64,000 bases of DNA, taken from assembly GCA_010093815.1 (NCBI GenBank), contig ML996570.1. The stretch is one strand, 5' to 3'. The position numbers and the translations under genes were made by a program. The notes below the pieces were generated by a model that saw nothing but the letters and a program-made list of their open reading frames with translations, had not been told where the DNA came from and ran no database searches. Below are positions 15,075 to 27,626 of this stretch, piece by piece. This DNA is from Pseudovirgaria hyperparasitica. Its lineage: Eukaryota. Positions within the stretch are counted from its first letter, which is position 1. Each line of letters starts with the position of its first letter.

Positions 15075-15845
15075 ATGGAAGCCGTGCAAATTAAAGTCGC
15101 TTTACATATCCTTGGACACGCTGGTATACAAGCCTGCATCGTTGGTGAGATAGCATTGAACTACTACAACGTTCCGCGAGTACTCCATGTAAGCTCTATT
15201 AGCTATCTTAATCTACGCTGTGACCCAAATTATAGTAACTTCTGATAGGATGTCGAATTATGTGTTCCTGAGCATAAAGTATCAGACGCCTTAACGACCC
15301 TCGAAATCTCTGGACTGTTTCATGCGGAAGCAATTCAAGAGTTTGATATCTACAATGAGTACAAGCGTGGCTCACCAAGGCTTCGCACTTCTAGCTGGAT
15401 CGCCCCAACTTGCACATTTGTGATACTCAGCGACACGAGTCATCATCTCGCTCCGTTGGAAAAGCACATCATCTCTCAGGAATCAAAATTGTCCAATCCG
15501 ACATACAGCTCGCAATTGCTCGACATGATCTCCACAGACGATATCAATTCGCTTCCATTGCCCAAGCTTTCGTCTCTATTCAGTGGACTCTGTCAAAGAT
15601 ATGTTCAGACGAAAGATGATGTTGCTATGATAGCCGCTGAGCAGCTGGTGGACGGAACTGACATGAACGAGATGTGGTGCCTACGGCACCTCAACGGTGC
15701 GAGCCTTGAGGTTCGGGCGTTAGCATCTAGGTTAATCGATGAAAAACCGTGCCGCTTGGATGCGTTCTCTGGCTATAGTGTTACTTGCTTTATTGCAGAT
15801 TCCGCAGCATCTGACAGGATTAAACGTCTTCCTGGATATGAATAG
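15075..15845 (+). CDS. Hypothetical protein (~236 aa) with a degenerate Pol-beta-type nucleotidyltransferase motif; intron 15189-15248
   Basis: Exon 1 MEAVQ...ACIVGEIALNYYNVPRVLH, then a GTAAGC..TAG intron, then DVELCVP, which runs in frame into ORF 15420-15845. Confidence 0.75.
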
Positions 15846-16436
15846 CAATCAGCGCGAACCACGTTCTTTCATTGGTACACAGGTGTTTATGAGTTAAGTC
15901 CATGTCGAACGGTGTGTAGGTCTTAGATGCAATAGTAGTGAACTTGTCAGCCCGAGCGACTAACGCCGCACATGCATTGGCTGCCCCGATGAACGTCTAA
16001 TTGCTGAAAATTATATGGACTTCGGTCCAGTTACACTTTTTAGTTGGACCGGAACGCGCGCGTAACAAATTGATCTGATTTGCCGCAATACCCTGATGAA
16101 GGCATGCAAAAATAGTCCTTTTCTACTGCCGCCAATGGTTCACAATACAACGCTCAGCGCGGCGTCTACCTCACGTTTCACACAATCCGCGCCATCCATA
16201 GAAAGATCACTTTCATGGTAAGCACGCCAGGAGCCTTGGAATCTAGCCGACTATTAAGTAGCTCATCTCACCCGACTGAGAGACTAGACTCACTCTAACA
16301 TATTATCTTCAAACAAAACCTTGCACTGTAAAGACAGCACATTGAGCCCCGCAACATCCACGACAACTCAACTTACGACACAAACGAAAATTCAATCATT
16401 GAAGCCTGCAGCTTATCGTACGACCTTGTTCATATC

Positions 16437-17186
16437 ATGCGTCAAAGTAGGCTGAACGACGCTGCCATTGCTCTGGACCGAGTACTGGGTCATGCACAAA
16501 TCCGATTCGGGATCTTCGGCGGATATGCTATCGGCGCATTAGGGGGTAACCGAGAGAGCAAGGATATCGATTGTGTCGCATCCGTCACAAAGCAGCAGAT
16601 CATCAACATTCTTGACAAAAAAGAAGGCTTCGAAGCAGTCATGCAGAGCCGCCAGGACTACGTTGCTTTTCTATGGTCCGATAAACCTAACCGTGAAGGT
16701 GCTGTATTAGTCGAGATATTTTGTGAGCAATTTCCAGGTATCTTCTGCCTTTCTAAGCGCAAATATTGTGTTCGTTTGATGTACAACTATCTGATCCAAC
16801 TAGGAGCGCGGTATTCAATGCGTAACGCCGAAGTAAGACCAATCACTATCAATGGCGAAGGGCTTGGCCAGGGATCGTCCAATTTCTTCGATCCTGTGTA
16901 CATCTTCAAGGGGAAGCTCCGCGCTGCTGCGTTGCGAAAAAAGTTTCATGACTCGGCAGACCTACGATGGATCGAAGGGCGTTATAGTGCACAGATTCAC
17001 GAGCGACGTTCTGAACTAAGTATGCTGTACATCGGTATTGCTTTGAAACGATACCCAGAGCTCGATCTGCTGTTCACACGACTTGGTGTCGACGTCGAGG
17101 CTTGTAAGAAGGCCGCAAATGAGGTAGATCTGGAAAAATTACCAGCACCAGCACCAGGTGATGTTCAGGGTGGTATACTGGGCTGA
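16437..17186 (+). CDS. AbiEii/MenT(DUF1814)-like nucleotidyltransferase-fold protein (~227 aa); in-frame intron 16738-16803
   Basis: IFGGYA..LGGNRESKDIDC (GG.A / R.S.DID), LVEIF strand, and C-terminal KLRAAALRKKFHDSADL (K..A / D..DL). GTATCT..CTGAT..TAG intron. Confidence 0.8.
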   Translation: MRQSRLNDAAIALDRVLGHAQIRFGIFGGYAIGALGGNRESKDIDCVASVTKQQIINILDKKEGFEAVMQSRQDYVAFLWSDKPNREGAVLVEIFCEQFPGIFCLSKRKYCVRLMYNYLIQLGARYSMRNAEVRPITINGEGLGQGSSNFFDPVYIFKGKLRAAALRKKFHDSADLRWIEGRYSAQIHERRSELSMLYIGIALKRYPELDLLFTRLGVDVEACKKAANEVDLEKLPAPAPGDVQGGILG

Positions 17187-17306
17187 TATAGCGCATTATG
17201 GAATAAATCAGTCCGATTGTGCAAGGCCAAAATGGCTAGACAGTACAATACTCATACCGCACTACCATTTCGATGCGTTGGTTGTTACATTATTGTCCCA
17301 ATTCCT

Positions 17307-18378
17307 TTACTGTTGCTTCTTCTGAGCCGCAGGACCCATTTCCTTGCTGAATGCAAAGTATGACACTTCGAGACCAGCAACAGCAGAAACACCGACGTAT
17401 GCTAAGAGAAAGAGAGGAAGGATTGCGATGAAGCCCATGAAGATACCTAGATTTTTAGTACCGTGGCACAGATGAGAGAAGTTTTGGGAACACACCTGGG
17501 GATAGAAACATGTACTTCTCGAAGAGTGGGAGTGAGTCGTTGGATGTTCGGATACCAAGGTCTCTCTTCAGCTCAACGTGCAGGGCGGACATCCCGTCAT
17601 CCATCTCATATTGCCCGTATACGTGCTCTTGCTGTGAGAGACCCGGGTCATCTGTTCTGGGCGGAGGTGTTGTGGTATATATGACTGTAAAATTGGCTTC
17701 GTCGTGGAGGCTTTGAATGACAGCGTCGAGGAAAATGTCTGCATTATGATTAATCTAGTGGCTTAGAACAGTGCCTCGAATGGAGATTTGATTGAGACTC
17801 GGGGAGTCCTTACCGTTTTGCTTGAGACTCGCCATTCTCTCTTCTGGATATTGAGCGAGGTTCATGAATTGTACCTTGATCACCCTTGGATAATTGTCCG
17901 CAAGTGAGATGTATCCGTCCGCAGCATTCACCTCCGTGACACTCGCTCCACATTGTTTTTTCAGATATGTGGTCATCACTTCTGCATCCGTTCCTCCAAC
18001 TACTTCTGGTATCGTCGTCGACGAAACTATCTTTTTGTTGTCTCTTGCAACGTAGCGTTGTAGATATGGTGCTGCAGCCGCGCTGGCATAGTCCGCAGTC
18101 CTCACGTTCGGTTGCGATACAACCACGTATGACTTCGTTGTGCACCCTTTCAATACATTTTGCACCTGTGCTGTAACGTGCGATTCTGTCGTTAGTTGCG
18201 GAACTCTCGTTTCGAAGCCATCAAGCTCTCTATGGCCAGTCAGTTTCGGTGCTTTCAGAGATTATCAGCGGGCAGCTTACTTCGACGTCGAGAACAAGAA
18301 CAATGGCGACGTATCCTGGAATGCGAACGCGAGGGCCAGAGATGAAAGGGTAAACGCTCCTAGCCGTAGGAGACCCAT
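17307..18378 (-). CDS. BIG1 / Ac45-VOA1-like ER membrane protein; introns 18230-18280, 17739-17813, 17447-17495
   Basis: Signal peptide followed by AFQDTSPLFLFST. C-terminal LFEKYMFLSPG-IFMG transmembrane segment and VSYFAFSKEMGP..KKQQ. All three introns are canonical and in frame. Confidence 0.82.
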
Positions 18379-18978
18379 TTTGTCTTTGGTGATGCTCTTT
18401 GTGATGATGATGTTGCAAGCTTCCAGCTTCACGGGCTGTGCAGGCGGAGGTGGTTATGCCGTTTCTGGGCTAGACTCGCCCTAAGCCGAGAACGTTTAGT
18501 GGCATGGAATGATCTATGGATTTGGATGACTTCACTAGAAAACCTTTATTTCTAAGCTATATTGGCCTGAGCGTTTGGAACAGAGACTTCAATTTCTTGA
18601 CTATTGAAGATCCGTCTGAGCTACGAGCCACAAAGAACAATTGACTGATGATTCATATAGCGAATTGCGAAGCCTTGGTGTAATAGGCGAAGTGACTCAC
18701 ACTGATTCTTCGGGGGCTCGTGCCACGGGTGGCGGTGTTTGTAAAGACTTCCGCCGAAACAGAACCTTGGAAGTCTACAACAACAACGTCGCCACAGCTC
18801 CTGCCATATCTCATCGTTCATATCTGGCTGTCGCTGAAACCCAGGAATTTCTATTACAACTTTATAGTCTACGTCATAGGATCATATCACTTCGTTTCGC
18901 AAAGATATACCAATATCAAGTGACGACTCATTTAATCGTGGAAGGGCCAACCCACGGGAGCTGCAATCTTTTGCTAAT

Positions 18979-21900
18979 ATGTCTACTACTGGCCCAGAAT
19001 CGCTACCGGCGGGCCCTGCGGACAGTACCCGAAGACGGGCGAGAAATCGTCAAAGGCCAAGTCGCACCATTCCAGATGCCCAGGATCAAGGAGAGGACAC
19101 AAACGTAGCGCGACAAGTTCAAAGTCGTGGGAGAGATGGCGTACGAGGACGGCCAGGCAGAGGCGCCCACACAACTTTGAGACCAATGAGCGTTCCACCC
19201 GTTCCGGAAAGCCAACATACAAGCCCGAATATCTCCAACAATGAAACGCGAACGCCGCGGCAGTCAGGTCCGCGTCGTCGCGGCGGTGGTCGTGGTGGTC
19301 GTGGTGGTCGAGTGGACACCCATATGGACGAAGGACGCAATTCACGAAGACAACGAGGCGAGCCAGCTCACAATGTGAATACTTCTCAGACCTTTCAAGG
19401 AAGGCGATTCGGTGGTCAATTGACAGAAGCGAATAGCAGTATTGAAGCGTCGGCCGACACAAGTCTATCGGCCAATGCAACAGCTTTCGTTCCTGGTCAA
19501 CCACATGAATCTCGTCCAATTCCTCCGGCTGCAGTCCCTCCACACAATCTTCCCCGTAAACGAAAAGCTTCGAAATCTACGGCGCCAGACATAGCTACCA
19601 GGATCCACGAGGACATCGAGAACCACCAGTACGAATGCGCTATATGCACCAATGAAATCCTTCCAAACTCGAAAGCTTGGTCATGTAGGACATGCTGGAC
19701 GGTCTTCCATCTGAGTTGCATCAAGAAATGGTCAAGTAGAGAAGGCTCAGCAGTCTCACAGCAGCCACCTGGTCAAAACGGCGAGCTACCTCCGCCTAGA
19801 CAATGGCGATGTCCTGGTTGCAACCTACCAAAGGACGATGCTCCGAAGGCATTTACTTGTTGGTGCGAAAAAGAAATTGACCCTAAACCTCTCGCTGGTC
19901 TTCCCCCTTTCTCTTGTGGGCAGACTTGCGCCCGGGATCATCTCATACCTAAGAAGTGCCCCCATCCATGCCCATTGAGTTGTCATGCGGGTCCTTGTCC
20001 ACCATGTACACATACCGGGCCCACTCAAGAGTGCTTCTGCGGTAAGCAATCCGCCACACGGCGATGTGTCGACACGAATTACGAGTCTGGATGGAGTTGT
20101 CAGCAACTGTGTGGGAAGTCTATGTCGTGTCGCGAGCATGTGTGCCCCCGCAAATGCCACGAAGGTCCTTGTGGTTCGTGTGAGATCAAAATTCCTGCGC
20201 GGTGCTATTGTGGTAGATCAGAAAAGGCGATACTGTGCATGAATCAGGGCCAGCCCAAGCCAAGCCAATCAGCAGAAGAAAATTGGGTTGGCACTTTTGA
20301 TTGCGCCAGCGAGTGCAAGCGTCTCCTTGATTGCGGTATCCATCGATGTACTAAAGGATGTCACCCCCAAGATGCAGATGCCTCCCACTGTCCTCGTTCA
20401 CCTGATAATGTTGATCATTGTCCATGTGGAAAGACAAAGCTCGCGGATCTCAGTACAGCACTTCGTCAAAACTGTGAAGATCCAATACCGAATTGCAATG
20501 AACCCTGCCATACAACGTTGGCATGCGGCCATACTTGTGAACAGACATGCCACGGTGGGGAATGCAGTCCTTGTATGAGACGTGTCTCGATCAAATGTCG
20601 TTGCGGCCGAGTCGAGGCAGCAACGGTGTGCCATCAAGGCTCGTATTCACAGCCCCAATGCAGACGGAAATGCAAAGCATTGCTCAACTGCAAACGTCAC
20701 GAATGCGGAGAACATTGCTGCCCAGGCGAACAGAAAGCAGCGGTACGGACGAAGAAGAAACTAAGACCCCTGAATACAGCGCCGCGGCCAATGGACAACG
20801 ACTTTGAAGCCGAACACATTTGTACACGCTCCTGTGGACGACCGCTTGGCTGTGGTCTTCACAATTGTCAGGAGCTATGCCACTCTGGACGATGTGGTAG
20901 TTGCCCTGAAGCAATTTTCCACGATGTTGCCTGTCATTGCGGTCGTACTGTTCTTCAGCCGCCTCTTCCTTGTGGTACCAAGGTTCCAGCCTGTCGTTTT
21001 GAATGTACGAGAGTGAAAAGCTGTGGACATCCGCAAGTTTCCCACAGCTGCCATACAAACGACGAGGCATGTCCCAAATGTCCGTTTCTAACAAACAAGA
21101 CTTGTTCTTGCGGCAGAAACGTTCTAAAAAATCAACCATGCTTTCTGCCTGAGGTGAGATGTACTGAAGAGTGCGGACGAAAACTGAAATGTGGATCCCA
21201 CAGTTGTCGCAAAATATGCCACAAACCTGGAGATTGCGAGGATTCAACATCCGGGTGCCAGCAGAAGTGTGGAAAGGAAAAGTCCTGTGGCCATCCTTGC
21301 TCAGAATTATGTCACTCTCCGTATGAGTGCAAAGAAGAGAAGCCATGCGACTCAAAGATTCTGATTACATGCCCTTGTATGCAGCTAAAAAAAGAGACCC
21401 GATGCAATGCGACAAAGACGAATGGGGGAAATAATAAGAAAGAATTGGATTGCAACGATGAGTGCGCTCGGTTAGAACGAAATCGCAAACTCGCTGCAGC
21501 TCTCAACATCGACCCTGAGACGCACTCTGACGATCATGTGCCATATTCCTCGGATACCCTCAACATGTATCTAGCCAATTCCATATGGGCTTATGCTCAA
21601 GAGAAAGAGTTCCGCATGTTTGCTGCAGATGCGGAGGCGAGGCGACTGCGGTTCAAGCCAATGCAAGCGCCACAGAGAGCTTTCATTCACTGTTTGGCTG
21701 AAGACTTTGGTCTTGATTCTGAAAGTATGGATCCGGAGCCGCACCGGCATGTTCTGATATTCAAAACGCCACGCTTCATCATGGCCCCTATGAAGACGCT
21801 GGCGGAGAGTGCGAGGATTAGACAACGTCAACGAAGCACCGTCAGTACTGCTGCAAAGATTATTGCCCAACCTGCTGCTCCCATTATCCGACAGAATGCT

Positions 21901-22527
21901 AGCAATACGGTTGATGAACCGTATAACGGCTTTGTCCTGACCAATGCTCGCTTTGCGCTAACAGCCGAGGAGCTACGATCTGCGCTCAAGACCGTCATGG
22001 ACCCGAAGTCTGGTGTAATCTTCGATATAACTTTTCTACCCAACGAGGATGTTGTACTAAAAGCAGCTTCTCGGACGTTGATAGAGCATGATTTAGAAGT
22101 TTACCTCAGGTCCGTTAAGCCCGGAGTCGCACGCACAGTTTCCAATCAGAGACTGGGCAGCATCGAGCTTTGCCGCCTGGATCCCTCGTCTAATATCACC
22201 CGACGCGAGTCAGACATAACAAGCAATGGTGGCTGGAGTCAAGTAGCAGCCAAGGCAAATTCTACGGGCCGATTTGTGCGACAGGTGCCAGTCATTGGAT
22301 CTGCCAGTTCCTTTACTGTTCTTAGCCTTTCGTCGAGAAATAAGAAGCTACCAGTATCCAAGAGAGAGGAGAGTATCGTAGATGACTGGGAGGCTGCGGA
22401 GTCGCTGGAGGAGGAGAAGGAGAAAGTGTCTGCTAGCGCTTGTAGTGAGGATGTTATTGAATCCTCCCAGATCCATGGGAATGACAACGCTGAGACGGCG
22501 AAAGCGACAGAGGAAGAAGTGAGGTGA
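18979..22527 (+). CDS. FAP1: NF-X1-type zinc finger protein with RING-like and R3H domains (FAP1 / shuttle craft-like)
   Basis: YECAIC..WSCRTCWTVFHLSCIKKW..WRCPGC, repeated CG.H.C...CH.G.C units, and R3H motif QRAFIHCLAEDFGL. Confidence 0.9.
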   Translation: MSTTGPESLPAGPADSTRRRARNRQRPSRTIPDAQDQGEDTNVARQVQSRGRDGVRGRPGRGAHTTLRPMSVPPVPESQHTSPNISNNETRTPRQSGPRRRGGGRGGRGGRVDTHMDEGRNSRRQRGEPAHNVNTSQTFQGRRFGGQLTEANSSIEASADTSLSANATAFVPGQPHESRPIPPAAVPPHNLPRKRKASKSTAPDIATRIHEDIENHQYECAICTNEILPNSKAWSCRTCWTVFHLSCIKKWSSREGSAVSQQPPGQNGELPPPRQWRCPGCNLPKDDAPKAFTCWCEKEIDPKPLAGLPPFSCGQTCARDHLIPKKCPHPCPLSCHAGPCPPCTHTGPTQECFCGKQSATRRCVDTNYESGWSCQQLCGKSMSCREHVCPRKCHEGPCGSCEIKIPARCYCGRSEKAILCMNQGQPKPSQSAEENWVGTFDCASECKRLLDCGIHRCTKGCHPQDADASHCPRSPDNVDHCPCGKTKLADLSTALRQNCEDPIPNCNEPCHTTLACGHTCEQTCHGGECSPCMRRVSIKCRCGRVEAATVCHQGSYSQPQCRRKCKALLNCKRHECGEHCCPGEQKAAVRTKKKLRPLNTAPRPMDNDFEAEHICTRSCGRPLGCGLHNCQELCHSGRCGSCPEAIFHDVACHCGRTVLQPPLPCGTKVPACRFECTRVKSCGHPQVSHSCHTNDEACPKCPFLTNKTCSCGRNVLKNQPCFLPEVRCTEECGRKLKCGSHSCRKICHKPGDCEDSTSGCQQKCGKEKSCGHPCSELCHSPYECKEEKPCDSKILITCPCMQLKKETRCNATKTNGGNNKKELDCNDECARLERNRKLAAALNIDPETHSDDHVPYSSDTLNMYLANSIWAYAQEKEFRMFAADAEARRLRFKPMQAPQRAFIHCLAEDFGLDSESMDPEPHRHVLIFKTPRFIMAPMKTLAESARIRQRQRSTVSTAAKIIAQPAAPIIRQNASNTVDEPYNGFVLTNARFALTAEELRSALKTVMDPKSGVIFDITFLPNEDVVLKAASRTLIEHDLEVYLRSVKPGVARTVSNQRLGSIELCRLDPSSNITRRESDITSNGGWSQVAAKANSTGRFVRQVPVIGSASSFTVLSLSSRNKKLPVSKREESIVDDWEAAESLEEEKEKVSASACSEDVIESSQIHGNDNAETAKATEEEVR

Positions 22528-23199
22528 AGAGATAGAAACCTATAGCGCAGACCTAGGCTGTAAAAGAAGCGGAGGCAGCTTCACTTCGTCCGAAGGACTG
22601 GCGTGTTGCCATTGCAGTGATGTCGATATTAGCGTATAAACATAGCCTTGAAGTCAAGGCAGTGGACCTGATAAAGGCTGTACATATTAGCTGGATCTCA
22701 GGGCGTTTTCTGATAGTATGTTCTCGAAGAAGAACGCAAATGTGGTTGATCTCAAGAAAACCGGCCATCATTGTACTGCATCCAGGACAGAAGTCACACA
22801 TGTTGACAGCCAATATCACCTGCCTTTTTATTGGCTGGTCCCGATAGTTCTAGAAGAAGCAGACTGTGGGTCAGGTTTTGGGCACGAGTCGGAGCTATTG
22901 GTCACAGCTACCTGGCACCCTTGCTGCAGTTAGCTTGACCCGCGTTTCGAAGATGCCACCTTGGACATATGGTTTTCGTCTGCCGTGTACTGTACCGTAG
23001 TATTTTCTCATGTCTTCACCGCAGTGATGCTTAATATGACATTGTCTATTATTCTCATCCAGTAGTACGTCGTGATCGAGATAATACCTCCCTACCATCA
23101 TTACAGCTCGTCGAACATCCGAGCCGCCGATCTGCGCCGCCCCTCAACCTTTCCCTCCCTCACTGAGGGTCTGTTACACTACCAGAACCACTCTGCAAC

Positions 23200-26100
23200 A
23201 TGGAGGCCGCTTACGCTCGTCCAACAAGGGAGACTTTGGAATTCTTCCAAGTCTCGGAGCAACATGGCTTGAACGAGGAGCGCGTAGAAGCCCTGCGCAA
23301 GAAATATGGGAAGAACGGTAACTGCGAGAAGAACTCGTTCCTCGGCAACATGAGAGCTAATAGTACATTTGCAGCCTTACCTGAAGATCCACCAACTCCC
23401 TTATGGGAGCTCATACTAGAGCAGTTCAAAGATCAACTCGTCATAATACTTCTTGGATCCGCCGCGGTTTCATTCGTCCTTGCGCTCTTCGAGGGTGGCG
23501 ACGATTGGACCGCTTTTGTGGACCCTGTTGTTGTAAGTTCCCTGTATACGTATGTTGAGTAGTCGAGAAGCTGACTATCCCACAGATCCTGACGATTCTC
23601 ATCCTCAACGCCGTCGTCGGCGTATCGCAGGAAAGCAGCGCCGAAAAAGCCATTGCTGCACTCCAAGAATACTCCGCGAATGAGGCGAAGGTCATAAGAA
23701 ATGGGGGTATCAAGCGTGTAAAGGCTGATGACCTGGTACCTGGTGATGTCATTACCGTGGCTATAGGAGATCGTATTCCCGCAGATTGCAGATTGCTCTC
23801 CATTCAGAGCAATAGCTTCAGTGTAGACCAGTCCATCTTGACAGGCGAAAGCGAGAGTGTTGGCAAGGATACTAGAATCGTCAAAGACAAGGATGCTGTG
23901 AAGCAGGACCAGGTCAACATGCTATTCTCTGGTACGACTGTGGTCAACGGTCATGCTAACGCTTTGGTCGTTCTCACCGGAAGTAACACTGCCATCGGCG
24001 ATATTCATGAAAGTATCACGTCACAAATTTCGCAGCCTACCCCTTTGAAAGAGAAGCTCAATGACTTTGGCGATGTGTTGGCCAAGGTCATTACTGGTAT
24101 CTGTATTCTCGTCTGGCTCATCAATATTCGTCATTTCAGTGATCCTTCGCACGGAAGCTTCACCAAGGGTGCCATTTACTACCTGAAAATTGCCGTGTCA
24201 CTTGGTGTTGCTGCTATTCCTGAAGGTCTCGCAGTTGTTATAACTACCTGTTTGGCCCTAGGTACTCGGAAGATGGCTGCCAGGAACGCCGTGGTCAGAA
24301 GTCTTCCATCCGTCGAAACACTTGGTAGTTGTAGCGTAATATGTTCCGACAAGACTGGGACTCTGACGACGAACCAAATGAGCGCCAACAAGATCGTCTT
24401 CATCAATGAGTCTGGTACAGATCTCGAAGAGGTTGACATCGAAGGTACTAGCTTCGCTCCCGAAGGACAAATATCTTTCAAAGGAAAGGGCCTCATAAAT
24501 GCTGCTGCCACATCAGCCACTATAACGCAGATCTGCGAGGTCACTGCTCTGTGCAATGAGGCCAAGCTCTCAATCGATCCTAAGACGGGCAATCACAGTG
24601 TCGTGGGTGAGCCTACTGAAGGCGCGCTTCGTGTATTGGTAGAGAAGGTTGGGACTCCTGTCGCAGATGTGAACGCGAAGCGATTGGCTGCATCTCTCTC
24701 TGACCGCCTACATTATTCCAGCGCATACTATGAATCACAGTATCCCAAACTCGCCACCTATGAGTTCTCTCGCGATAGAAAGAGCATGTCAGTCCTGGTC
24801 CAAGGTCGAAGTGGTCCAAAATTGCTTGTCAAGGGAGCCCCGGAATCCATTCTGGACCGATGCACCCACGTCCTCGTCGGAGCTCAAGGCAAGAAGGAAA
24901 AGCTCAATCCGAAGTTGGCCAACCTCATCAACCAAGAGATTGTTGAATATGGTAACCGAGGTCTCCGTGTTATTGCACTTGCCTCTGTCGAGGATATCGG
25001 GTCAAACCCATTGACGAAGACAGCTAAATCGACCAAGGAGTACGCACAACTCGAGACCAAGATGACACTTATTGGCCTGGTAGGTATGCTGGATCCTCCT
25101 CGACCAGAAGTTCGCCGTTCCATTGAGCTATGTCGCGAGGCAGGCATACGTGTAGTGGTTATCACGGGTGACAATCAGAATACAGCAGAGGCGATCTGTC
25201 GACAGATTGGTGTCTTTGGTGCAAACGAAAGTCTATCTGGTAAGAGCTACACTGGGCGACAATTCGATGCTTTGTCCGAATCCGAAAAGCTCGAAGCAGC
25301 AAAGCGAGCATCACTGTTCTCTCGGACCGAGCCGTCTCACAAGTCCAAGCTTGTAGATCTGCTTCAATCAGCCGGAGAAGTTGTGGCTATGACTGGTGAT
25401 GGCGTCAACGACGCGCCCGCGTTGAAGAAGGCCGATATTGGCGTTGCTATGGGCTCAGGTACTGACGTAGCCAAGCTGGCCGCCGATATGGTTCTAGTTG
25501 ACGACAACTTTGCAACTATCGAAGGTGCCATTGAAGAAGGGCGATCCATCTACAGTAACACACAGCAATTCATCCGGTACCTCATATCCTCCAACATCGG
25601 CGAAGTTGTTTCGATTTTCTTGACCGCCGCAGCGGGTATGCCTGAAGCTCTTATACCTGTACAACTCCTCTGGGTCAACTTAGTCACCGATGGTCTTCCA
25701 GCGACAGCCCTTTCCTTCAACCCCCCTGATCACGATGTCATGCGGAGACAGCCAAGAAAGCGCGACGAGCCACTTGTCGGTGGGTGGTTATTTTTCCGCT
25801 ACATGGTCATTGGTACCTACGTAGGTGCAGCAACCGTTTTCGGATACGCTTGGTGGTTCATGTTCTACTCAGAGGGTCCACAGATCAACTTCTCTCAGCT
25901 TGTAAGTTCCGAAGTATGCATAAGTGTAGGGGGCTCAGGTTCTAACTCGAACCAGTCTAATTTTCATCAATGCTCGACCAAATTCCCTGAGATTGGATGT
26001 GAGATGTTCGGAAATGATATGGCTAAGTCGGCATCAACGGTCTCTCTGTCAATGTAAGCTCGATCTTCAAATCGTTGTGCTCCCACACTAACATGCCAAC

Positions 26101-26439
26101 AGCTTGGTCGTCATTGAGATGTTCAATGCAGTCAATGCGCTCTCTTCGTCCGAATCTCTTATCACCCTGCCTCTCTGGAAGAACATGATGCTCGTCTACG
26201 CTATTTGCCTTTCCATGGCTCTCCACTTTGCACTCTTGTACATTCCTTTCTTGCAAAGCTTGTTCTCGATCGTGCCACTGAACTGGACCGAATGGAAGGC
26301 TGTTTTATATATCAGCGCTCCGATCGTCGCGATTGATGAGGTACTAAAGTTTGTTGAGCGGACATTCTTTATGAAGAAGATCGACATCTCGAACCTCCAA
26401 GCTGGGGTAAATGGCAGCCTGCAGAAGAAAAGGAATTGA
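23200..26439 (+). CDS. nca-1: SERCA-type (P2A) ER Ca2+-ATPase; introns 23318-23374, 23533-23585, 25902-25955, 26054-26102
   Basis: TGES, IPEGL, DKTGT phosphorylation site, KGAPE, MLDPPR, TGDGVND, SSNIGE and VNLVTDG. C-terminal KKRN fits a KKxx ER-retrieval signal. Confidence 0.95.
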
Positions 26440-27626
26440 GCGTTGGATTGGCAGGGGCCGGGCCACAGCGCGAATCCTGTCGTAGACTAGTATTGCAATG
26501 CTATAGAAACTAGACACATAGCCAGATTACACAAGACAACTAGAGTAAAGAATAAAAGAACAAAGGGCATTATGCGCCGCAGAACCACGCCGCTTAGGAA
26601 GATTGTCTGATATGCCTATACGCAGTTATAGCTACACATACACACATGACCATTGTCGTTCTCCATGTCTAGTAGGAGATTTTCAGGTGGCGACCTAAGA
26701 GTCCAAATAGGGAGTCGGCACGAAGCAGAGAATCGGGAACGGGGACGGTATGTCAGCGCAACGGAGGCTCAACACCAAGGAACTAAGTCGAACGTTGAGA
26801 TTTTAGGCGCTGGAGATTTCAAGGGTGGGAGGTACTGTGTGCTCTGCTCTGTACGCTATATGTTGTGTGTTGAATGATACTATTTGTATGGCGTGAGACT
26901 GGTAGAGAGGATGCAGTTGGGGAGTACAGCATCGAGGACGAGGAGGGGGAATGATGACAGGAATATTGATAGGTCATTACTTTGATGACTAGGAGGTGGA
27001 GGCACAAATCGACAGGTATGAGATGAATATCTGTCGTTTTCGCTCCTTTAGAATTCGAGGCGGCTAACCTCGCATTTATCCGAGCCGCCGATCAGTCTTC
27101 TGGTGGGTGTGGAGGTAGTAGGGCTTGGACGCTAATTAATAGGGATCGAGTAGGCAGAGACCCACTGGTTGGCAGGTGCCACATTTGCGCCAGGAAGCAG
27201 CCATGTTTATTATATTAAAGCACCCGCGCCCAAGCTTCTTTCAGTCTTGAACTTGCTACCCGTGTGAATTATATTTTGACTAACACGAAACTTCCATTAC
27301 CTCCTTCTGCGCTCGGGACAGTCGTTATCTGTGCACCGTTTGGCCACGAAGAAGATACGCGAGATCGGAGTATTTACGCGGGCTTTATCGCCAGGGAGAC
27401 TAGCTACAGAAGTGGGGTTGTGTTGTAGGTGCGAGGTCTGAAAACGGTGAGTGTGTTCAACGACATAGCATGATGGTAGAGATCTTTACAAGGAGATGCC
27501 CTGGTGCTTTGTTAGTAGCCTCAACCTAGCATGCGGGTTTCCACTATGCAAGATCTTGCGTGGCTTTCACATGAACTGTCCGATTCAAGCTGATATTGAT
27601 TATTTAGCATCTATCACAGCCGCGTC

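Noticed and set aside
16023..16051. CGGTCCA..TGGACCG inverted repeat between the two NTase genes
   Set aside because: Only 7 bp per arm; compatible with chance.
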